Of a stretch of DNA of 64,000 nucleotides, positions 39,710 through 52,480 are shown piece by piece. Under the pieces are notes generated by a model. It was given only the letters and a program-made list of their open reading frames with translations, did no database searches and was not told the origin of the DNA. The position numbers and the translations under genes are program-made. Every line of letters starts with the position of its first letter. Within the stretch, counting starts at the first letter, position 1. The DNA comes from Camelus ferus (Eukaryota). The stretch spans positions 21,454,001 through 21,518,000 of the forward strand of contig NC_045696.1 of assembly GCF_009834535.1 (NCBI RefSeq). The letters are read 5' to 3'.

Positions 39710-40670
39710 GGAAAATTGAGTCAATCACAAGAGAACCCTTGCAGGATTTCACCACTCCATCAATCCTGCTGCCTGTAGTTATGTCTCCAAACTCTTCTTG
39801 CTCCCTGGTTCATATGGATAAACCATGAGACTCGTAGCTCAAGTCTTCATGTCCCTTTGTGCACTACACCCCTTCTCCTTTGCCTGTGCAAAATCTTGAC
39901 TCCAATATTTTACTCCTCATATTTTCTCCAAAATTTTACTCTCTAATATATATTTGAATTTTCCCTCTCTACTGAATCTTTAATGTCAGCATATAAATAC
40001 ATAATTATAGGCCTAAACAATTCTCTCAACTCTAATTCTACTTCAGTTGCTGCTCCATTGTTTTTTAACTTCCCTTTACAAAAATCTACTTTGGAATGGT
40101 TATTTATACCAAAATTTCTTCATCTCCCTTTATCTCTTGAACCTCCTTTACTAATTTTTCATCACTACCTCAGTGCATTCCTTTTACCACGTTACCAATT
40201 AATTTTCCACTGTTAAATCTAATAATTAATACTTAATCTTTAACTTGACCTATCAATACCATATAGCACATTTATTATGCTATTATAGCACAGTAATATA
40301 TAACACATACTGACACATTATTCATATTTATGTATCAAGAGCTTATAACACATCATCTGCTTCTTGGAAAAATGGCTTCACTTGGCTTCCAGTCATTTAT
40401 TTTTATCTAACTTCTACTCCTTTTTAGTCTTCTCCGCTGGTTTACTCTCTTTTCCTGACCTTTTAGGGTGGGATACCACGGAACTCAGTCTTTGATGTTC
40501 TTCTTTTCTCTAGCTGTACAAACCCTTTTTGATCTCAAGTAATTATATGGCTTTAATCACTGTGTGTATGCCAAATGCCTGGCAGATTGATATATCCGGT
40601 GCAGACCTCTCTGCTGAACTGCAGTCACATAAATCCAACTAACTACGGGGCTTATCACAAACTGGATGTC
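39710..40670 (+). mobile_element. L2 fragment
   Basis: Pyrimidine-rich, with CTTCACTTGGCTTCCAG, CTCAGTCTTTG and CAGACCTCTCTGCTGAACTGCAG...ATCCAACT...GGATGTCT. Confidence 0.7.
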
Positions 40671-43600
40671 TGTTCATTTGTAACATTGTAATGGATAGAC
40701 GGTATAAAATAGTAGCTTATTGTTTAGCTCTGTGTCTAAATGTCACACTGTACTACTTCATAATATTATTTGTATAAGGATTAACATAAACTTATAAATT
40801 GTTTATCTGTTATTTCACATATAACTCAAGATAAATTTAATAGATTTTTTTCTAAATTTGTAAAGAGGGTTTTACTGTTTTATGTATAAATATATTCAAA
40901 TATACATTCATATTCATATATTTTCATATTCTACATTCAATATATATGTGATATAATTTTTTAATGTGTTATTTTATGATATATTGATAAATACGAGTAT
41001 ATATATATATATATTCACTTGTTATACCACATAAATTTCCATATATAAGTATGTGTGTATAAATATAAACATACACACAATTCTTTCACATTGCAATTAA
41101 GTTTCTAATATTTGGATGTATCCTTTTATAGAATTAGTGCCAATACAGAAGGAGAAATTATTTTTCCTTGTCATATAAGGCAAGGAAGATTAGGACAGGA
41201 AAAGTCACAAATGACCTTGATGCTAAGACAGCAGGGATACGAAAACAAGTGGATTATAAAATTAACATCGAATACTATAATAATAATTAAAATTTATACT
41301 TATTAGTGAACATTAGAGCTAAAATTGGCCTCACTTTCAAACAACCATCTGTATTTGTGTAATTATATCATCCTGAGTTTGAAATTTGGACTGTTGAAAT
41401 GTCTGTATCTAATAGGAACAATAAAGCAATTTCAGTTTTATAAATTAAAATACATCACACTTGAAATAGGACGGAAAACCTTTCTATAAAGCTTCTGAAT
41501 GAAGCTTCATTGCCCCAAAATAATGATCTCCGTTTCATGAGAAAATTTTAGTGACTTGACTATAACACACAGCTTTCTTCTATCATTTTAAGGAATTTTA
41601 AGCATCTCCATTGCAAAAAGATGTGGCGAACTTATACTTGTTACACATAGTGAGAAACAGCAATCGTCTGTTAAAATTAACAACATTATTCTGAAAAATT
41701 GGAAACTGACTCGTCACCTACAACTTGAAACGAAAAACTGACTATATTAAACATTCTTTTTTAGTTTCCTAGCAACATACCCAAATATAACAGTGAATTA
41801 ATGTATAAAATACATTTTTACTCTGCCTGGCATAGAAATAATTTTTCTAGAATATACCTGGAATTGTGAGAAGATACAGCTTTTTTGGGTTATATTTTTG
41901 TAACGTGACAGGTAGGTCACAGGACTCAGAACAAAATTAGAAAAATGGTTTCTATTCTAGGAGAGGAAATCATATTAAAATTGTGATTTTCTTTTTGTAG
42001 TAAAGCCATTGGGTATTGCACATATACTTCACTAATTAGTTTTAAACTGTGTATTCAAATGAGTAGTTCCATTACTCCTATATGTTATGTTAACAGTTGT
42101 CTCTTGAAATAATTACTATTTAGGTTTTAAAGTATTCATTAAATGTCTGCCAAATTACTTAAAAATCATAATAGACATTTAATGGGTGCTTTAAAACTGA
42201 AATAGAAATTACATTTGATTATAAGTAACTGTAGGTTTATAAAGCTATCATTATATGTCTATTAAGACCATTTAACTTAAGTGTTACATAATTAGAGAAG
42301 AGCCAGGATTTTAATTGCACATTTGCAAACTGCTAGCTTGCTTTGCTAAATATTCATTATCTCCACTGCAGAAAAGTGTGAGTGAGGTATGAAGATTTCA
42401 TCATTTTTTACCTTAAGCAATTTTTCACTGTACTCCGTGGAATTAAATGGTCTAACAATCACGTCTCATATGCAATAATAAGACCATATGCAAAAAGTTA
42501 AAAGATATTTATATTGAACATATATATATATGTGGCTACATGTCACTTATGCCCCACCCCAACAAAGCTCCTGATGGGCCGAGAGATACTTCATTTCCAC
42601 CTTTCAGGTAACTGCTTAATATTGGTCCTGCAACCAAATAGCTGATGTAGAAAATAATTGGTATCAGCGCTTACTGTCTTAGTCCTAGAAAGTACATCCC
42701 AAGTTGCCAATAAAAAAGCATAATTTCCCATTAATTACCTCACTAAGCAGTTGCTTGTTATCACAGAAGTTAAGTGGGAATTAAAAGGGAGACTAAATTA
42801 CACTTTTATGCCTCGAAGTGCCAACTCATCTTGAAGTCGAGATTGGGACGCAAAATGCAAAGAGAGTAAGATTGTAATTTGGTTGCAAGTTCAATTCAGT
42901 CGATAAATAAAGTGCCCTCAACAACAGGCATTTAGAGGCACTAAAACTCCTTTCGCAAAGGTGTCCTCTTTTAGCTGTTCAGTATATCTCCATTAGACAC
43001 CTGAGGTTGCCTCTTGTAAACTTGAAGAAAACATTCTGCTGAGAGGAAATTTATTTATGTATCATTTCTTCTCTGAATGTTTTTTTTCTCCCCGGGAACA
43101 TTTGCATTTAAACAAGCTTATGATTTCTTTGGAATCCATCTGCCTGCACTTACCCTATTTTTTACCCCTGAATAAACATCACCTGTGAAGTGTGTTGTAA
43201 ATACTGTTGCTTCTCCACAGTCTTCATTTTGTACAGATCCATTTAAACTCACGATAAAGTTTGACCCATTTAACTTGGGACACGGCGGTAAGAGCTGGAG
43301 TCTCTCCATGGATTCTTGGCTAGTAAAGGTAATCTGACTGAGATAGGTAGCATTCGTAACCGACTTGCTGTCTTTGAGATCCATTTTTAGGAAAACAAAC
43401 AAAGGTGAAGAGAGCTCAGACCCAAGTATATTACAGACCTTAATTTTTGTAGCAATCTACTGGCTTTTCACCATCACATCAGAATGCCCTAAATTTATGT
43501 TATTTCAGATCTTAACAAGTTCCCTACCTTTTTTGTTTATTTGTTTGTTTGGCTATCTTTTAATTTAAATCATTACAAATAAAGTAAGACCTTCAAGGCT

Positions 43601-44579
43601 AACTCATCACTTATCTTTAGCCTCAATCATTGGCTGGGACTAGTCAGAAGGACACATTTTGGTGAGTTTTCTTTACTTTCACGTGTGTCAGACTTGATGA
43701 AAGTCAAATGTTTAATATTCAAAAGGAAATATTTTTCCTGGGAAAATAATTTGAATGTGTTGCTAATGTTTTTGAATGGAAAATTTATCATAAGATCTAG
43801 ATTTATTTGATTTGTTCAAGATGGGAACAGTAAGCCAGTCAATTCTACATAAGAATGTGAATGGATTTGGCTGTTCTGCATTATACTAGGGAGAGTGTCA
43901 AAGTCTAATCATCTCCTATTGTCACTTCAGTCACAACGAGATGCAAGTTGCCATTTGTAATTACACTTGCACTATTGTTTTATTTACACAGATCATTTCA
44001 TTGATTTACACTGCTACCTCCCCTGGAGGTGTCCTCTCTTTGACACCTGCCTTAAGTGATAATCTCTAGGTTCTATGCTGAGTACAGAAGCATACTGACC
44101 ATGAAACAGAAGTTCTTTTAACTTGGACCAGTTTCTAAGAAGGGGCAATGTGTTCACATCCTCCTATGTTTCGGTAAAATTTGCAAAAGTAAGATATTTT
44201 CATATTCTCTTTTTTGAAAAAAGTCCCCGAAAATTATGTAGTCGTCAGTCTTCATAAAACCTGGATCTACCACGGGCTGTGTGAAAATGAAATTTTAATG
44301 ATAGTCACTCACAAAATGCAGTAAAAATGTCTAATAACAGCTGTTTTTTTTTTTACTCTCCCAGGAGGTAATCTTTGATAAATCTGATCAATTAACAACA
44401 TGATGTTTTCATGAAAGAATTTAAAGAAAAATAAAATGGAGGTATTATTTGCTTACAAGACATGTTATTTCTTGCTGGAGACAAAAAATGTTAGTATTAA
44501 CTTCCTGTCAATAACAAGTCAGAAATACGGTCTCATGGAAATTAATCATTAGGTTTGGCTATGAAAGTACAGTTCTTTT

Positions 44580-44818
44580 GGTTGTTTTGTTTTTGTTTTC
44601 TGTTTTTCTTATTAAATATAGTTGGTTTATAATGTTGTGTTAATTTCTGCTGTACAACATAGTGATTCAGTTATATATATGTGTATATACACACTTTTTC
44701 ATATTCTTTTTCATTATAGGCTATTACAAGGTATTGAATATAGTTCCCTGTGCTATACAGTAAGACCTTGCTGTTTATCTGTTTTAAATAGAGTAGTTAC
44801 TATCTGCAAATCCCAAAT
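44580..44818 (-). mobile_element. Cetartiodactyl-type L1 3' end fragment
   Basis: T-rich tail, then ATAGTTGGTTTATAATGTTGTGTTAATTTCTGCTGTACAACATAGTGATTCAGTTAT...ATATAGTTCCCTGTGCTATACAGTA. Confidence 0.88.
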
Positions 44819-45199
44819 GGGAGTTTGGAATTTGAAAGAATAATTCTAATGAATCTGGGATAGATGCATTCTGTTTTCCGTTTATCCGACTTTTATTAAA
44901 ATTAGTTTTTGCGGATACATTTTGGTAGGTAGTTGCCTTTAACGCAGATAGATTTTTGTATTTTTTTAAGCTACAGGAGGGAATGAGTGAGAAGAGATAT
45001 CTACATAAAGCCAAATAGAATCTTTCAGCCAGTCAGTTTTAGAAATGATTTCCTAGCAGTTACTGATATTCTCTCCTATAGTAATTCAAAGATATTCAGT
45101 CCTTTTGAAGCAATGCACTGATATTCTGTGATGTGGGAAAACAATCTAACAAAGAAAGAACTGAGGATAAGACTAAATAACTTAGAGATTTGTTTTGAA

Positions 45200-46570
45200 T
45201 TAAGTACTTTTAAACTTTTTCACTATAATAAACATAGAGGGAAGTACAAAACTGAAATAAATGATGTACGGCTCGTTAATCTAACATGAAGTCCACACAT
45301 GCCTGTAACTACCATATTGTTCCAAAAGTGGACCTTACTAGCTCTTAGAAGCCCCCTTCCTGCCCCTTTCCAGTTTTCTTTTAGTAGCCACTATCCTGAC
45401 TTAATAGTGTGGAATTGTTTTTATCTGTTTGGACTTCACTGAAGTTTAATATAGCACTGTGTATTTTGGAGGTATGAATACAACAAACATTCTTGCACAC
45501 GTGCACTTTCTTATACATGTAACTTTGGTGCACACGTGAGCATTCTTGTAAATATATTTTATCTATTTCAGTGAAGATGTAGTGATATTAAGCTGAACTT
45601 CTATAATTACTAATAAAATTGAGTACATTGCCATGTTTATTAGCCATCTGGAATAGTATATTTTGTATGTGACTGTTAAAGCCTTTTTTTATAGCCCACT
45701 TTCATTTGGAATTGCCTGTTTTTTTAATTTATTTTAAAATAACTTTACAAAATAATTTCAAAGAAGGTGCAGAACAGAGTTTCCTCATACCTTTCCCTTA
45801 ACTTTCCCCAATATTAGCATATAATCATGGTACATTTATCAAAACTAAGAAATTAATATTGATACAATAACATTAACTAAACTTCAGATGTAACTCAAGT
45901 ATTAACAGTTTTTCCACTAATGAATAGTGAATACTTTACCAATGATCCATGAATTGTGCAGTTTTCACTGTGATGGAGGGAAACAGATGCTATTCCCTGT
46001 TCTCTAGGGCACTGGGCACTAGTCTCCGCCATCCTTTCAGGTGTTTCCCCTCCTTCACTCATCCCAGCCTTGAGTAGTGTTCTCACATACAGGTCATGAT
46101 CAGTGTTCTCCTGAATACTAATAATACTATTGCTATATAATACTCCCTACAGAGCTCCAGTGTTTACTCTCTCTCTCTCCTCATCACTCTTCTTTCTCAT
46201 TCATTAATGCATTTATCTCTCTTTCTTTTTCAGTTTCAATATCTCTTTGTTAAATTCACCTCTCCAGTTCTCAGCTTTATGAACTCCAGCCACTATGGTC
46301 TCCCTTGGGTCTCAGCTCTGGGTCTCAAATGCAGGATATCTTCTAAGCTCTATCTCTGTTCACTTCTTCACAATGTCCTGGAAACTCTATCAAGGCAGTA
46401 ACACAATAATCACAGAGTTCCACTGATTTATTTTCTGTCTCTCCAAATCACTGGGCTAAGTTGACTGATACCCAATGTCTTAAAAATTGTTTTATCATAT
46501 ATTTTGTAATTGATTCAGGGAAGGAGTGTAAATCCATATCCTGTTACTCCATCTTGGCTAGAAGCAGAAT
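45200..46570 (-). mobile_element. Mosaic of old L1 fragments
   Basis: L1MB/MC-like CATGGTACATTTATCAAAACTAAGAAATTAATATTG, and an L1 5'-region-like end CCTGTTACTCCATCTTGGCTAGAAG. Confidence 0.65.
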
Positions 46571-48012
46571 ACCATTATCTCTTAATTGAGATCACTTTAT
46601 TATTGGAATATTCAATTGTGTAAATATATTAGAATATAAAACTTCATTTTTTTCCCTGAAAATATCAGTTGAAGGGTCTAAGAATTCTTATTCTGAGTAA
46701 AGGAAAGCTTGATGAAGACCCACATATAGAATACTGATGGTCACCTAGTTAGATATGTTAAGTACAGGTTATTATTGGTGTGAAGGAGCTATTTTAAATC
46801 ACACTAATTGTTCTGAAAAGGCTTCCTGAAAATTGTGATGCTGTAGCTAAATTTTGAAGGGTATTTAGAAGTGAACTAGACAAAGAAAAGAGAGCAATGA
46901 ATTAAGTTGAGAGAATAGCATATAGGATTCATAGACTACATCTGATGAGCGGCTACTGCAAGTGGTTTAATCGAGTTGCAATGACAAATATCCAGAAAAT
47001 GTCAACAGAAAAAAAGCTACAGATACGTAAATAAGCTAATTACAAACATCAGTAGAGGAGATAAATTCATTCTTGGCCAGAAAGGATATACACGTTGAAA
47101 TTCCCATTCAACTCTGCTTCTCCCTTCATGTTGCATTTTTATCAGATTAAATTATGTTTGGCAAGTACTCCTGGACTATTGTCACTCAAATACCTTTCTA
47201 TATAAGCTAATATATTTAATCCTGAGAAAAACTGAAAAGTTTGAAAAGTTTCTTGGCCCTAGTTAAATGTAAAGAAAGTTTTACTCTATAGCTTTAATGA
47301 AGAACTATGAAAGTCTACATTTTTGTTAAATATTGTGGGAAGGAAGGTTACCATAAGTAGATCTTTTACTGTTAAGGTCTCTAAGTATGCACTTTATTGC
47401 AGTCTCTGGGAATTACCTGTCTTAAGTCTTTAAAAACAAAATGGGCAAGACAGTGTAATACATTAGAGGTTTTATTTCAATCTAAAATTAATGGAAATAA
47501 AATCATTCATGGCCCCCTAAGATGTTTCCTGCTCTCTTCCAGTAATTCAATCGCTTTAAGTTGCTTACAGTTTATTTTTTTAACCCTATGAGATGATTTT
47601 GCACATTTCTACAAATAGGCATTGATTGCACTATTTAGAAATCATTTTTAAGTGGTAAATCAAGTGTTATTTATCATGATCTTAGTTATCATAACTTCCT
47701 GAAAGATAGTCTAGGCTAGGAACATGATTTCTGACAGTTATATTTGAATGGACACAAAGAAGACTAGAAATTTACTTCTATAATGAATTGTGCAATATTT
47801 TCTTTTAGCATGTGAACTCCTCTCTTTAATACTGCAATTTATCCATCAAAATCAGTTCATAAGGAGAAAAATAATTTTTACATAAAAGTACATTGGGGTT
47901 TAAAATTTCACTTGTTGAATGTATCTGTATTTTAAAGGAGATTGGCAAAATATGGGTTTGGAAAACAAATCTAAATCTCACTGCTAAATAGTGGTAATTG
48001 CTGATAAGGCAA

Positions 48013-48014
<2 letters not shown>

Positions 48015-48049
<35 letters not shown>
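48015..48049. repeat. (TG)n microsatellite, about 17 units
   Basis: Perfect GT run seen directly. Confidence 0.95.
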
Positions 48050-48051
<2 letters not shown>

Positions 48052-48929
48052 ATTGTTTTGCTATTCTTTACACACCTCTGCCACATTTTTGCCAATTAAA
48101 AGTAGTGGAGAAAAAAAAAGAAAACTATGTGAAAATTTTTGATAGAATTGTTTTCTGAATAGACTTAGTTTTTCTCAAAATTTCAATAAATCACATTGTG
48201 ACTTGGTCATTATATAATTCAAGAATAATCTTATAGAAGGAATGAGAGCCATGCCATTCCTTAGCATATATATCTTGTCACATACCTTTTGTGATTCTAC
48301 ATATCTTCATCCTTCTCATTGTCCACTTTTCCAGACAAAATGTCTGTGGCTTTTAAATTAAAAATGCAAATCTATTTATAGATTGCTTAAAAAGGAATCC
48401 TTATCTCAAACACATCCTGATATATTAGTCACCTTTGCTGGGGTAACATAATTCTTCAAATTTCAGTGTCTAATAAATATTTATTTCTTGATTATAATAC
48501 CTAGGGATTGCTGGCCAGTCACCATTGTCCTTCAGACCATAGTCAACTGTGTGTTGTTCCATGTAGACTCTCATCCTGGGACAAAAGCTTTAAGTGCAGT
48601 TCTTAACAAGTTAATACAAGGGAATAATCATAAAATCAGACTCATCAAAAACTGAGACATCTTACTAAATATCAAGTTTTACTAATAATATCAAGGTTAT
48701 AAGTAATCAAGTGTCTCAGATGAAGAAGAGAGGGTTCCAGGCCCTTCTTCCCAAGATTTTCTTCCTGCATTGGACATGGACTTCCTGGACCAGAATTAGA
48801 TGAGGAATCTGTGAGTAAGGTTCATGCTTCTCCTCTTACCACACCCAGTTCTGAGCCAGCTCTACCTTACGTCACAAGAGCTGTATAGCTTACAAGTCAT
48901 TCTGTAAAGATGCCTACCTCATAAATTCT

Positions 48930-50820
48930 TAGATTAATTTTGCTGTGTGTATGATCCATCAGTTGCTGAAAAAAAAAAAGACATTGAAACCTCCAGTTCT
49001 AACATGAATTTTTCTCTCTTCTGCAGATACTGTCATATTTTTCTTTATGCATTTTGAGTCTTCATGAGTAGCTGCACTCATATATGATTGTTATATTTAT
49101 GTCAGTTACCTTTTTAATAGACTGAAAATAAGACAAATTGGATTGCTTATATTGCATTTACCACTTCTGATGCTCTTCATTCATTTGAGTAACCCCAAAT
49201 TTCCCTTTGGTATCATGCCTCTGCTACTTGGAAATTTTTTAAGTTTTTCTAATGTGTATCTCCTGGAAATAATTTCTTAGTTTTTGTTTTCCTGAACCAA
49301 GTATGTTTTTCCTACCTTCACTTTTGAACAATAATTTACTGGATAAAAATTCTAGGTTGACAGTTTCCTCCGCTATCTCCTGGTTTGCATTGTTTCTGAT
49401 AACCATATGCTTTAAAGATCATCTGTAAAAATATTGTCTTTTTTTCTATTAATGTGTTAAGATTTTCTTTTAATTGTTACTTGTCATGGCATGATTTTCT
49501 ATAGATTTATTTTACTTGGTGATCATTGAAATTCTTTAACAACCAGATTTATATTTTTTATTAAATTAAAAAAATTCAATCATTCTATCTTCCAATACTT
49601 TTATTCTCTCTTTCTTTGTGTCCAATTATTTATATGTTAAATCACTTGTTATTGCTTTCAGTTAATCCAGCTCTCCTTATTTTTTTTATCAGGTTTTGTT
49701 CTCTCTGCACTTCATTTTGGGAGCTTTTGTTGTCATGTCTTCAAGTTTGCTTCAAGTTGTTTTTTGTTTTTCTCTCTTTCCAAGTCACTTTCCTGGTATT
49801 TTTATATCTAGTATTTCTCTCATAATCATACACTTTTTTTTTCTTTCTTCTAGATCATATGAAACATTCATAACAGCTGTTTTAGCCTGTCTTGTCTATT
49901 GTTTCCATCAGCTTTGTCATTTCTCAGTTTACTCTATAGATTGATTTTTCTCTTTTTGGGGGGTAATATTCTCTTGCTCTTTTGCTTACCTTATAATTTC
50001 CTATTGAGTGCTGAACATTGTGTATTTATACTGTTGGTTATATTTTTGTTATTCTTTAATGCTAGATTTGTTGTAACATACATCAAGTTACTTGTAGTCA
50101 GTTGAATCCTTCCAAGGCTTGCTTTACGTGTGTTTAGAGCAAGTCTAGAACAACCAATAGTCTAGAACTAATCTAGCCCTATTTTTAAGATAATGCCATT
50201 CTGAGAATTCTATCCAATTTTCTGTTAGTTATAAAGTCTTCCTTTTCTGATCAGTAGGAACACAAATAATTCCCAGACTCCTGGGGCTCCAATTTTGTTT
50301 TTGCCTTCGTTTTTTTCCTTTTGTCTACCTTTACCTGGCAGGTACTCCCCAAAACTCAGGTTTTCTCTCACGTATGTGTGTATCATTATCAATTAAAGCT
50401 ATAAGAAAGAACACCTCTGCAGGGCTCCACAGCCATCTCCCTGTGAAAGTCTCTCCTCTGTGCACTGCACCCCACGACATGAGCCTCCCTCACCTTTCCA
50501 AACTCTGGTTTCTGTGTCCTATTTCAGTAAGTTGACTGGAGCACTTAATTTTGCCCAACTTATACTGTTGCCTGGAGATTTCCTCTAGACAGTGAAGTAT
50601 TTTCTTTGCTGTTCCACAGTAACTTGAAAATTCTTCCAGGTTTTGGGCTGGTGCAATCATAAGACTTACCTCATTTGTTTACATTCCCTTGGTAACAACA
50701 GGACTGCACAGTTGTTCCCTTTATGAAAAATAATGTTTCGTATATTTGGTCCTGTTATCTGTTTGCTAAATTTGACAGGAAAACCCAGTCTTTGTTAATT
50801 TACCTTGATGTTCAATAGTC
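48930..50820 (-). mobile_element. Old L1 (ORF1/5' region remnants)
   Basis: T-rich, with AATTCTAGGTTGACAGTTT, CTGGTTTGCATTGTTTCTGAT and AAGGCTTGCTTT motifs typical of L1M 5' parts. Confidence 0.65.
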
Positions 50821-50879
50821 AGCCATCTTCTTTTAAATAATTTATAGATGAAAAAAATATACAGATGAACAAATTAAGT

Positions 50880-51470
50880 ACATTCTGAGATAAACATTAA
50901 AACATAAGTCTCCCATAGTATAGACAACACCTCAACCAAGTGATCAAAGTTAACATAATCCATAAGGAAATGTACTAATACTGTGTACTTCATCATATAA
51001 AATACCAAGAAAGGGATGGCGTTACTTTCGTAGTATTCTGGTTTAAAATATATAACTTAAATTATGAACAAACATCAGACATTGAGGAATATTATATAAA
51101 ATACCTTGTCAATATTCTTCAAAAGCTTCAATAGCATTAAAAAAAAAAAAAGAGTGCAAAGCTGTTTTAGATCAAAGGAGACTAAGAAGAAATGATGATT
51201 GAATGCAATGTGGGAGCCTGGGTTGAATATTGCTCTGCAAAGAAACATTGTTGGAACAAATGTTAAACTTTGATTAAGGTTGATAGAGTCGAGAATGCTA
51301 TTATGTCCATGTTAATATCCTAATTTTGATCACTATGTTGTGATTTTGAACATCATTAACATTTGACAGGCAGTAGGAAGCACATTTGGGAATTCTTTGT
51401 GCTGCTTCTATTTAGAATATATACATTCTTTTGTGTATATATCAAATTATTTCAATATGGAAATTCAAAT
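50880..51470 (+). mobile_element. L1MC-type 3' UTR
   Basis: CACCTCAACCAAGTGATCAAAGTTAACAT...AAACATCAGAC...AAAGGAGACTAAG...ATGCAATGTGGGA. Confidence 0.8.
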
Positions 51471-52149
51471 ATAAAAGAGAACTAAAAAGTGAACTATTCC
51501 AATATAAAGTGAAGCTACAGAAGGAGTAAGTATCCAGGGGGACTGACTTACTCTTGCAGCGTATTTCTGGAAGAAGCAGTGCTGGTGCTGGCAATGTTGC
51601 TAATGCCTTGTGTCCCTTCTATCTCCTGCTCATTCTTCACTATGCTGACCTTTCTATTCCATTATCAGTGCCTGATATCCTCTCCTACTTCTTCTCTTTT
51701 GTATTAAGTTATAGTCTATAATTTTAAAGCCATACTTGCAAGGTAGGACAGCTATCACAGCTCTGCCTGACTTAAGGAAATACTTCATTTTCAATGCAAA
51801 GAAGCATCTTTTATCTATTCCTGTTTTTACCCTTTTCTCAATTATAAATAATTTTGTTAGTTAAAAGAAACTGAGGTAAAATCACTTTTAAGGATAAATG
51901 TAGTAAATTCACATTATCCCACTAATGTAACATTTCCAATGTGTATATTCATTGCTAAGAAAGGTACTTGCTGTGTACAAAATTGCCATTAAGAAAGCAA
52001 TACCAAATACCTCTTTATTATGACACTAGTTTTTAAAGGTTTTGCTTACTGTATTAGCTTTAAATTTAACTGAGTTACAGAATTACTGACAAATGTTAAA
52101 AATATTATTTCTCCTTTTCACAAACTTTGTAGTCTAGGGCTCTGATTGA

Positions 52150-52480
52150 AGTTTTACAAGCATCCTTGGCCCAGTCCATGTTGTTACTCATCCATCTTCA
52201 ATCGCTAGCTTTCACAGTGTCATCCAAAGTGACTGCTGTAATACTAATCACTATAATAGGATCTCAGCTTTCAGGAAAAAAAAAAAGACACCAGACAAGA
52301 AGGTTACTCCTTCATAGAAATTGCTTGAAAAATATTTATTTGTGTCCTATTGGCTAAAAATTAATTATAGGGTCACAAACATAAGTGAGGGGGACTGGGA
52401 AGTGTAGTCTGTTCAGGACTTGAGTCTTACTATTCTATAAAAGTAAAATAGACAGTGGGTAACAACTAGTAATTTTTGTA
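52150..52480 (-). mobile_element. Old MLT1 (J/K-like) fragment
   Basis: TCCTATTGGCTAAAA...GGGACTGGGAAGTGTAGTCT...GGGTAACAACTAG pattern. Confidence 0.5.
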
